NCBI GenBank assembly: GCA_963731325.1
Contig: CAVSUL010000009.1
Coordinates: 3,240-67,239, forward strand
Origin: an uncultured Verrucomicrobiae bacterium
Lineage (GTDB): Bacteria > Verrucomicrobiota > Verrucomicrobiia > Chthoniobacterales > JAFAMB01
Length of the DNA: 64,000 bases
Direction of reading: 5' to 3'
Shown: positions 18,095 to 25,310 of the stretch, piece by piece
Layout: every line of letters begins with the position of its first letter
How positions within the stretch are numbered: the first letter of the stretch is position 1
Notes under the pieces: generated by a model
Seen by the model: the letters and a program-made list of their open reading frames with translations, nothing else
Databases searched by the model: none
Told to the model about the DNA's origin: nothing
Position numbers and translations under genes: made by a program

Positions 18095-18280
18095 CTACCA
18101 GGAAATTCCTTGGCGATGTTCCGCGCTGCTCCAGAGCGCTTTGGCAGCTCGAAACGGTTGCGTCGCCCGTCCGTCGTTCAAGTTCTGGGAGATCTGCTGC
18201 CAACGACGGGCCTCCTGCGTGCGATTGTCGCAGCCGGAAACAAGGACAATCAGCGCGAAGAGCAAGAGAGTGCGGATCAT
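18095..18280 (-). CDS. Possible small lipoprotein (61 aa)
   Basis: An internal ATG gives MIRTLLLFALIVLVSGC, with a lipobox-like VSGC. No clear Shine-Dalgarno sequence and no homology were recognised. Confidence 0.3.
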   Translation of the reverse strand: MIRTLLLFALIVLVSGCDNRTQEARRWQQISQNLNDGRATQPFRAAKALWSSAEHRQGISW

Positions 18281-18392
18281 AGGGAACGCGCGAATATTTG
18301 TCTGATTCTGGAGAGAATGCAAGAGGGGTTGACGTGGAACGAAAGCAGCGCGAAACGCGACACGCGAAACCTGAAACGCGAAACGTTCCTGA

Positions 18393-19295
18393 TCAGACCT
18401 CAATCCAGACGGACTTCAGGTATTGTTGCCCGGTAAAGTCCGGCGGCATGGGAAAGGTCTTGAATCCGGCCGCGGTGGGACACGCGCGTCGCAGAAGGCC
18501 CGAGAAAGCTTTTACGGAGAGCCGATGAGTGTTTGCGCAGCAAAGCAGCGCTCCGCCCTCCTCCAGACAATGTAGCGCTTGGCGGACCAGGCCGCCGTAG
18601 TCCTTTTCCACCCGGAAAACGTTTCCGCGTCGATCCCGGGAAAACGTCGGAGGATCAAGAATGATCAAGGAGAATCTCCGCCGCTGCTTCCGGAAACGCT
18701 GCAGCCACTGAACGACATCGCCTGCCAGAAATTCGTGAGCTTCGAGCGGAAGACCGTTTAAACCATAGTTTTGTTTTCCCCACGCCAAGTAGCGTTTGGA
18801 GAGATCGATATTCGTGGTTTTCGCCCCGCCCAATGCGGCGGCGGCGCCAAAAGCACAAGTGTACGCGAAGGTGTTCAGCACGGTCTTGCCGCTCGCGATC
18901 TTGCGGATTCTTCGGCGGTTCTCCCGTTGATCGAGGAAGAATCCTGGCGAATAGCCAGCATTGAAATCGATCAGCGCGCGCAGACCGAATTCCTCGATTG
19001 GAAAAGGCCGTCCGACCATTTGGCCCGCGACATGTTCAGGGGCGTTCTTTTGTCCAACCGATAGTTGTTTCCAATAGAGCGAATGAAAGCCAAGGCATGG
19101 ATCAAGTTTTGGCCTGCGTGCATGGCTGCTGGTTTGAACCAGCCAGTTTCCGGCAAAATCGTCGATGATCAACCCTGGGATGCCGTCACCTTCGGCGTCA
19201 ACCAGTCTGACCGCCCCTGGCCACACCTGGAAGAATTGATGCCGCCGGCGAACGGCGCTGATGATCTTTTCGGTCGAAAACATCAGGCTTTGCAT
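18393..19295 (-). CDS. Class I SAM-dependent RNA methyltransferase (RlmI/RlmK-like)
   Basis: VLNTFAYTCAFGAAAALGGA and FSLIILDPPTFSR are the SAM-binding and catalytic DPP motifs of this family. Confidence 0.8.
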   Translation of the reverse strand: MQSLMFSTEKIISAVRRRHQFFQVWPGAVRLVDAEGDGIPGLIIDDFAGNWLVQTSSHARRPKLDPCLGFHSLYWKQLSVGQKNAPEHVAGQMVGRPFPIEEFGLRALIDFNAGYSPGFFLDQRENRRRIRKIASGKTVLNTFAYTCAFGAAAALGGAKTTNIDLSKRYLAWGKQNYGLNGLPLEAHEFLAGDVVQWLQRFRKQRRRFSLIILDPPTFSRDRRGNVFRVEKDYGGLVRQALHCLEEGGALLCCANTHRLSVKAFSGLLRRACPTAAGFKTFPMPPDFTGQQYLKSVWIEV

Positions 19296-19309
19296 GTCAA
19301 CTTAGGTCG

Positions 19310-21250
19310 ATGAGCGATCTCTATGAAAGTCTGGAAAACGCTGTGCAGGAAGGCCATCTGCTAAAGGCCGGCGCCGACAACATCGGCCGCTTGCTGGATC
19401 GTTCCGCAAATCCGCTTTATCGCGCTTCCATTGAGGAGTTGGTGTCAAGAAAACAGTGGACCGAGCTCAATGATCGGTTTTTTAAAACGTTAGCGTTCGG
19501 TACCGGTGGATTGCGAGGGAGAACCATCGGTCGAGTGGTGACCGACGCGGAGCAGGGGAACGGCGGCGTCTGTCCCGAATTCCCGTGCGTCGGCACGAAT
19601 GCGATGAATTACTACAATGTCAGCCGGGCGACGCAAGGCCTCGTTCACTATCTGCAGAAGCATCTGCACGCGCGTTTGCCTGGGTCGAGACCGAGCATAG
19701 CGGTTGCTTATGATACTCGTTATTTCTCTCGCGCCTTCGCCGAACTAGTCGGCAAGGTGGCTACCGAGAACGGCTGCGATGTGTTTCTCTTTGCGGATCC
19801 GCGCTCGACACCGGAACTCTCCTTTGCCGTGCGGTTCATGAATGCCAGTGCCGGGGTCGTAGTGACCGCCAGCCACAATCCGCCGCATGACAACGGCTAC
19901 AAGGTCTATTTTTCCGATGGAGCGCAGGTGGTTGAGCCGCATGCCGGAAGGATTATCCGGCAGGTCAACCAGGAAGCTGGAGAGGTTTATGAACCTCTGC
20001 AGACTTCGCTTCGCGGTAAGCTCGTGAGCGTCGATCGCGAGATTGATGATGCATACAAGGTGCGGCTGCGCACCCTGGTTTTGCGGCCGGAGTTAGTGTC
20101 CGGCCACTCCCGGCCAAAAGTGGTATTTACACCCATCCATGGCACCGGCGGAGTGATTACAGTACCGCTTCTCCAGGAGTTTGGGATCGACCTGTCAACC
20201 GTGCCGGAACAGGACAAGCCAGATGGAGGGTTTCCAACCGTCAAATCGCCAAACCCTGAAAACTCGGAGGCGCTTGCCCGGGCGATCGCGCTAGCGGAAA
20301 AAGATGATGCCGATCTGGTGATCGCGACGGATCCCGATTGCGACCGGATGGGAGTGGCCTGTCGCGATAAAGAAGGCCGGATAAGCCTTCTCACCGGCAA
20401 CCAGATCGGGTCGCTCCTGAGCCATTATCGAGTAAAGGCGCTCAAGGAATTAGGAATCCTGGATAGATCCAACCTAGGCCGCGGGGTCATCATTAAAACC
20501 TTTGTCACCACCGACCTGCAAAAAGCGATTGCCGAGGCGGAAGGGTTACGTTGTGTCGAGACATTGACCGGATTCAAGTACATCGGTGAGAAACTGGGAA
20601 AATACGAGAATGCCCTGCCCGAGCAGGCTAGCCGCCAGTACCGATCTTTACCGGAAGAGGAAACGCGCGCTCTCCGATTGCAATTCTCCAGTTATTTTGT
20701 CTTTGGCGGCGAAGAGAGTTACGGGTACAGCGGCGCGGATTTCGTGCGCGATAAGGACGCGAACGCGGCTGCCTTGATGTTCGCCGAAGTAGCTGCGTAT
20801 GCCAAATCTCAGGGAATCACCCTGGGTGAGCTTCTCGATCGCATCTACCTTGAACACGGGTATTACCTCGAGAAAAATAGTTCGCTCGTTTTTGAAGGCG
20901 CCGAAGGAGCTGATCAAATCAGGCGTTTGGCCGAGTCCTATAACACCCAACCTCCCGCGGAAATCGACGGTTCCAAAGTATCCGGCGTGAGAGACTTTGC
21001 GAAAAATGATATCCGCGATGTCGAGGGAGACCTCCTGCCGAAAGAAAAGATGACGATCTTTGAGTTGGCTGACGGGCGAAGGATTGCTGTTCGACCGTCC
21101 GGGACAGAACCGAAAATCAAGTTCTATCTTTTCGGCAAGGTCTCGAGTCGCGACGAGGAGTCGCTTGCTTCGACCAAAAAGCAGCTCGCGGCTTCGTTGG
21201 AACGGCTGTGGACCTGGCTGCAGGCCGATGCGGAGCGAAGAGTCGCATGA
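19310..21250 (+). CDS. Phospho-sugar mutase (phosphoglucomutase/phosphomannomutase family, PgcA-like)
   Basis: The active-site motif is TASHNPPHDNGYKVY. The metal loop is TDPDCDRMG, and GGEESYGY and RPSGTEPKIKFY are also present. Confidence 0.9.
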   Translation: MSDLYESLENAVQEGHLLKAGADNIGRLLDRSANPLYRASIEELVSRKQWTELNDRFFKTLAFGTGGLRGRTIGRVVTDAEQGNGGVCPEFPCVGTNAMNYYNVSRATQGLVHYLQKHLHARLPGSRPSIAVAYDTRYFSRAFAELVGKVATENGCDVFLFADPRSTPELSFAVRFMNASAGVVVTASHNPPHDNGYKVYFSDGAQVVEPHAGRIIRQVNQEAGEVYEPLQTSLRGKLVSVDREIDDAYKVRLRTLVLRPELVSGHSRPKVVFTPIHGTGGVITVPLLQEFGIDLSTVPEQDKPDGGFPTVKSPNPENSEALARAIALAEKDDADLVIATDPDCDRMGVACRDKEGRISLLTGNQIGSLLSHYRVKALKELGILDRSNLGRGVIIKTFVTTDLQKAIAEAEGLRCVETLTGFKYIGEKLGKYENALPEQASRQYRSLPEEETRALRLQFSSYFVFGGEESYGYSGADFVRDKDANAAALMFAEVAAYAKSQGITLGELLDRIYLEHGYYLEKNSSLVFEGAEGADQIRRLAESYNTQPPAEIDGSKVSGVRDFAKNDIRDVEGDLLPKEKMTIFELADGRRIAVRPSGTEPKIKFYLFGKVSSRDEESLASTKKQLAASLERLWTWLQADAERRVA

Positions 21251-21351
21251 AAGGTTGCTGGCTGCGCCGGTAGGGCGCGAAGATAGAGACTGCCGGCGGA
21301 ACCTCGCTCAACCACCCTAATTGGTACGAAGATTACAATTTACGGCGGGTT

Positions 21352-21499
21352 TTGGAGTGCGTGCGACTTGTCGCCGCTTCAGGATCCGCGCGGAGCGCGG
21401 CCTGGCCGAGGATCGATCATGCGAAGTGCTTCGTTGGCTGGTTGTTAGTCGCGCTCCGCTCGGTCTCAAAGCGGCGACAAGTCGCATCCGCACTCCAAG
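21352..21499. repeat. Family A nested-palindrome repeat, copy 2
   Basis: The arms are GGAGTGCGTGCGACTTGTCGCCGCTT and AAGCGGCGACAAGTCGCATCCGCACTCC. Family B sequence follows immediately. Confidence 0.9.
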
Positions 21500-21595
21500 A
21501 TGCTCCTGCGCGAACTGCCGCGCGATAGCGTCAGAGACACGTTCTTTTTGTATGTTCGCGATCTTCTGTTCGAAATCTTCGATTCGCTTGCGGTA

Positions 21596-22843
21596 ATGCC
21601 GCGTCGTGTAAATGTCCGTTTCGATTCTGTTGCCTGGTTCGCGCGAAAATTCATTTTGAGAATCTCGATCCTTTGCCTTTTCCTCTTTGTCCAAAGTTTG
21701 GCGGCGCAGGAGAAAAATCCGCGAACGGTGCTGGAGCTGCCTCAGCTGTCGTCCGATGCGGTTATCTCGTTGGTGACCTACACGCCCGGTACGGAGCTTT
21801 ATACGGCCTTTGGCCATAGCTGCATCAGAATTCGCGACGACATTCTCGGGTTCGACCGGCTCTACAACTTTGGAACGTTTGATTTTGATACTCCCAACTT
21901 CTATCTGAAATTCGCGCGTGGCGATCTGCTCTATGAACTTGCGGTTGGCCCGTCGAAGGATGAAATACTGGAGCGGGCGGATGACGGCATGGGTATCACG
22001 GAATTGGTCCTTCGTCTTTCGCCTGCCCAGAAACAGGATTTATTTCAGGATCTTGAGATCAACCTTCTCCCGGAAAATCGCGCCTATCTCTACGACTTCA
22101 TTCTCGACAATTGTTCGACCCGAGTCCGCGACGTTTTTGAACGTGTCTTGGGCGAAAAACTCTCTGCTCCGCTGGTCCGGCCGATAACTTTCCGACAAAT
22201 GTTGGATCCCTATCTCCAGCGCCTTCCCTGGACGCAATTTGGCCTCTATCTTCTGCTCGGCAGCCCGGTAGATCGCGAGGTCACCGGCCGGGAGGCCTGT
22301 TTCCTGCCCGCCGATCTGGAAAGAGCGGTGGAAGCGGCTCAGATCGGTCATGAACCGTTTACCTTCGGCAAGACAGTCTTGTTCAGAGCGGCAAAACTTC
22401 CAGAGCCGGCCAAGGTGCAAAGACCTGAATTCGTCTTTGCTCTGCTTGGGCTTGGGTGGCTGCTGATCTGGGCGCTGCTCCGAAGAGGACATTCGTCAAG
22501 ACTGACTGGCGTCGTTTTGATAGCATTGGGCGCGGGCGGCGGATTGATTCTAGCCTTTCTGATGTTCAGCCGGCACTGGGTAACGCGCGATAATCTGAAC
22601 CTGATCTGGCTATGGCCGACGCATCTTCTGGCCGGGCTGTGGTTGATTCTTTGGCCGAACGGCGGCACAACATTCCTGCGATGGTACTGCCTTCTTGCCT
22701 TGGTTCTGACTGCTCTTTTCCTGGCCGCGAGTTCCTTTCTGCCTCAGAGTTTCCCCCGGGCCATCTACCCCTTGGGCGCAATTGTGGTGTGGCGATGTTT
22801 TCTGGAGGTTCGGGCCCGGTGGCCTGATCGCCGAAGTTTATGA
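21596..22843 (+). CDS. DUF4105 (Lnb N-terminal periplasmic domain)-containing membrane protein
   Basis: It has a signal/anchor segment (ILRISILCLFLFVQSLAAQ) and the DUF4105 core LVTYTPGTELYTAFGHSCIRIRDD...YNFGTFDF. The C-terminal half has 4-5 TM helices. Confidence 0.75.
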   Translation: MPRRVNVRFDSVAWFARKFILRISILCLFLFVQSLAAQEKNPRTVLELPQLSSDAVISLVTYTPGTELYTAFGHSCIRIRDDILGFDRLYNFGTFDFDTPNFYLKFARGDLLYELAVGPSKDEILERADDGMGITELVLRLSPAQKQDLFQDLEINLLPENRAYLYDFILDNCSTRVRDVFERVLGEKLSAPLVRPITFRQMLDPYLQRLPWTQFGLYLLLGSPVDREVTGREACFLPADLERAVEAAQIGHEPFTFGKTVLFRAAKLPEPAKVQRPEFVFALLGLGWLLIWALLRRGHSSRLTGVVLIALGAGGGLILAFLMFSRHWVTRDNLNLIWLWPTHLLAGLWLILWPNGGTTFLRWYCLLALVLTALFLAASSFLPQSFPRAIYPLGAIVVWRCFLEVRARWPDRRSL

Positions 22844-24327
22844 TTGTAAATTTTTTGTTGGCATTGGCGAGCGGACTCTTGCTCGGCTTGGCTTTTCCGC
22901 CGGTTGGTCTCGGATGGCTGAGTGTCGTCGCGCTGATCCCATTTCTTTTCGGCCACGTTGTACGAAAACGTGGCCTGATGGTTGCTCTCGGCGGGGGCTT
23001 TCTGTTCGGTGCGAGCTTCGGTGGAGTAACGTTCGCTTGGCTTACCGGGGAAGGCCGGTGGTCGGATTGGTTTGGCAATGCGGGCAGCCTGGCCGGTCTG
23101 GGAATGACCTGGAGCTGGTTTCTGTGGCGATTTATTGAATTGCCGGCAGCCGGTCTGGCCAAGCTGGAAGTTAAGCCACGGCTTAAACCACTCCTGGCGG
23201 GAGGCGAAAACCAGCGGGTTGCCTGGGGTATCTCGTTGGGAAACTTGCGGGTCGCTACTGTCGTGGCAGCAAGCTGGACCTTTCTGGAATGGGTGCGGGG
23301 AGTGTTGATGCCAAGCTGGAATGGCCTTGGCCTTCCGTTAACGACAAACGTCGCGCTGCTGCAATGTGTTCAAACAAGCGGCGTTTTGGGCCTCACGTTC
23401 ATCGCTGTATTCTGCAATGTTGTTATTTTGACCACGATCCGGCGACTGATCCTGGAGCCTGGCCGGATGAGCTGGGCTTCGCGCTTCGATTTTACGGCCA
23501 CTCTCGCGATTGTCTTCCTGATCGCTTTTGCCGGATTTACCTCTTTGCGAGAAAAACCGCAGGGCGACCGGCACTCCATCGCCTGTGTGCGGGCGGAAGA
23601 CGATTCCGTAGAAGGCCAACTTGCGGCCAGTGAGCCGGTGCTCGGTGCCGATCTGCTAGTCTGGCCGCGTACGTTTTTTGTCAGCGACGACTATAGCAGG
23701 CTGAAGCGAGGCGGAATCGGTGATAACATCGGTTTGGTCGCCGGAGTTGCCAGCGCCTCCGGACGGCCGATCGCGGGCTCCGTCGTCGTTCTTCCCGGGG
23801 CGATCAAGAACATCGTGATCCCCCGGCTGCGTTACCCCTTGTTCCGACCCTACTTCGCCCAGGCAAATCCCCGATCAGACTCATTCTTGTATCGGGAGGC
23901 AGTTTGGCTCCCACTCCTGAATTGGGAGGCGGGATCATTGTCCCTCCTTCGGGGGGCGGTGCAGAATCGTGCGCAGATTTTCCTGGTGATTTTTGATCCT
24001 GCCTTCCGCAGCTCGATCGGAGCAGCTCAGTATCAACAGAATCTTCGGGCCTGGTCGGTTGCGCTCGGGCGACCGCTGGTTTTTTGCTCCTCGTACCTTG
24101 GTTCGCAGCTCCTGAACGCCAGAGGGCTGGCAGTTGCTCAGTCGACGGGGGCCAACATGAATGCTGCCGTGAAAGGCGATCTGATTTTCCCTCCTTCCGT
24201 GAGCACAACTTTTTACTTCCGGACCGGAGACTGGTTGCCGATTGTTTGCGGTTTGCTTTGCATCATCTACGGCTTCATGGAGAGGCTTCGGCGTTCGTAT
24301 GTCCCTGTTAGTCGTGTCGCTTCATGA
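22840..24327 (+). CDS. Apolipoprotein N-acyltransferase (Lnt) homologue with apparently degenerate catalytic residues
   Basis: The Lnt-like N-terminus is LALASGLLLGLAFPPVGLGWL, and FLEWVRGVLMPSWNGLGLPL follows. The CN-hydrolase half aligns by eye (FLVIFDPAFRSSIGAAQYQQNLRAWSVALGRPLV). However, WPE reads WPR and the ICYE position reads NWE. The start overlaps the previous stop as ATGA. Confidence 0.7.
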   Translation: MIVNFLLALASGLLLGLAFPPVGLGWLSVVALIPFLFGHVVRKRGLMVALGGGFLFGASFGGVTFAWLTGEGRWSDWFGNAGSLAGLGMTWSWFLWRFIELPAAGLAKLEVKPRLKPLLAGGENQRVAWGISLGNLRVATVVAASWTFLEWVRGVLMPSWNGLGLPLTTNVALLQCVQTSGVLGLTFIAVFCNVVILTTIRRLILEPGRMSWASRFDFTATLAIVFLIAFAGFTSLREKPQGDRHSIACVRAEDDSVEGQLAASEPVLGADLLVWPRTFFVSDDYSRLKRGGIGDNIGLVAGVASASGRPIAGSVVVLPGAIKNIVIPRLRYPLFRPYFAQANPRSDSFLYREAVWLPLLNWEAGSLSLLRGAVQNRAQIFLVIFDPAFRSSIGAAQYQQNLRAWSVALGRPLVFCSSYLGSQLLNARGLAVAQSTGANMNAAVKGDLIFPPSVSTTFYFRTGDWLPIVCGLLCIIYGFMERLRRSYVPVSRVAS

Positions 24328-25039
24328 CGTCTCGCCGGTCACCTGGGGGGATAGCGAGCAGATTCTCCGGGAGTTGCTTGAGCTCGGCGTGCACCAGACA
24401 TCGCTCCTTGTGATTCCCAACTTTCATCGAAAGGCTCCGATCACTGGCAATGAATGCTTCCGCAGCTGGCTAACCCGGCAAACGGAAGCGGGCCATGAAC
24501 CGGTCCTGCACGGATACTATCATTTCCGCGCACCGACTCGAAATGAAGGCCTGCTGAATCGGGTTATCACCCGGGTCTATACGAATTGTGAGGGTGAATT
24601 TTTTGATCTCAGCCGCCCGGAGGCCACCCGCCGGCTTAAGCAAGGGAGAGCGGATCTCCAGTTTGTCGGCCGGACGATCTCCGGCTTTATCGCACCGGCC
24701 TGGTTGCTGGGACGAGAAGCCGAAGCGGCGGTTGAAGGTTGTGGGTTTCGCTATACGACAACGATCAATGCAGTCAAGATCTTTGGCTGCGGGCAAAGCT
24801 ACGGAGCCCGTTCCCTTGTCTGGAGCAGCCGTTCGCGAAAAAGGCAGGTCGCCAGCCTGATCTGGAATCGCGGACTTTCCCGGGTCTTGCGATCGGGGGA
24901 GATCCTTCGAATCGGGATTCATCCCCCGGACTATCGTATTCCAATGATCTGGACCCAGATCCGCGCTCTGATTCAACAGGCCGCGCGAGAGCGAAGCGCG
25001 ATAACCTATGAGCAATTCGTGAATCGCATCGAGGGCTAG
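24299..25039 (+). CDS. DUF2334 (polysaccharide-deacetylase-fold) protein
   Basis: MSLLVVSLHDVSPVTW...LLVIPNFHRKAPI...HEPVLHGYYH is the DUF2334 pattern. It overlaps the Lnt-like 3' end by 29 nt. Confidence 0.7.
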   Translation: MSLLVVSLHDVSPVTWGDSEQILRELLELGVHQTSLLVIPNFHRKAPITGNECFRSWLTRQTEAGHEPVLHGYYHFRAPTRNEGLLNRVITRVYTNCEGEFFDLSRPEATRRLKQGRADLQFVGRTISGFIAPAWLLGREAEAAVEGCGFRYTTTINAVKIFGCGQSYGARSLVWSSRSRKRQVASLIWNRGLSRVLRSGEILRIGIHPPDYRIPMIWTQIRALIQQAARERSAITYEQFVNRIEG

Positions 25040-25310
25040 AATGGCCCGCAGCTCCCTTCGTGGAGTGTGTGCGCACAAGACAACAATGCATACATCGTAG
25101 CGTGGGCGGGCCCCCCGTCCGTACCGGGTAGCGCCGGCATCCTGCCGGTTCAAAAGCTGACAAGCTGGAAGCTTATCCTACCTTGAAGTCCGACAGCCCC
25201 GGCCCTGTCCGTACCCTTGCGGGGTGCCTCTTGGTTGCGGCGCTGGCCTGTTCACCGCGATAACCGCCGCTCGATTGACTGCTGCCTGGATCGCTGCTCA
25301 GCTAAACCAG

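Noticed and set aside
25040-25310. GC-rich spacer with a hairpin GCCGGCATCCTGCCGG and the segment ctgccggttcaaaa, which is also seen at 4140-4155. A 227-aa ORF (24470-25153) starts MNRQDAGAT.
   Set aside because: It looks like another short dispersed palindrome giving a spurious ORF antisense to the DUF2334 gene. Only two partial matches occur in this window, which is too little to define a family.
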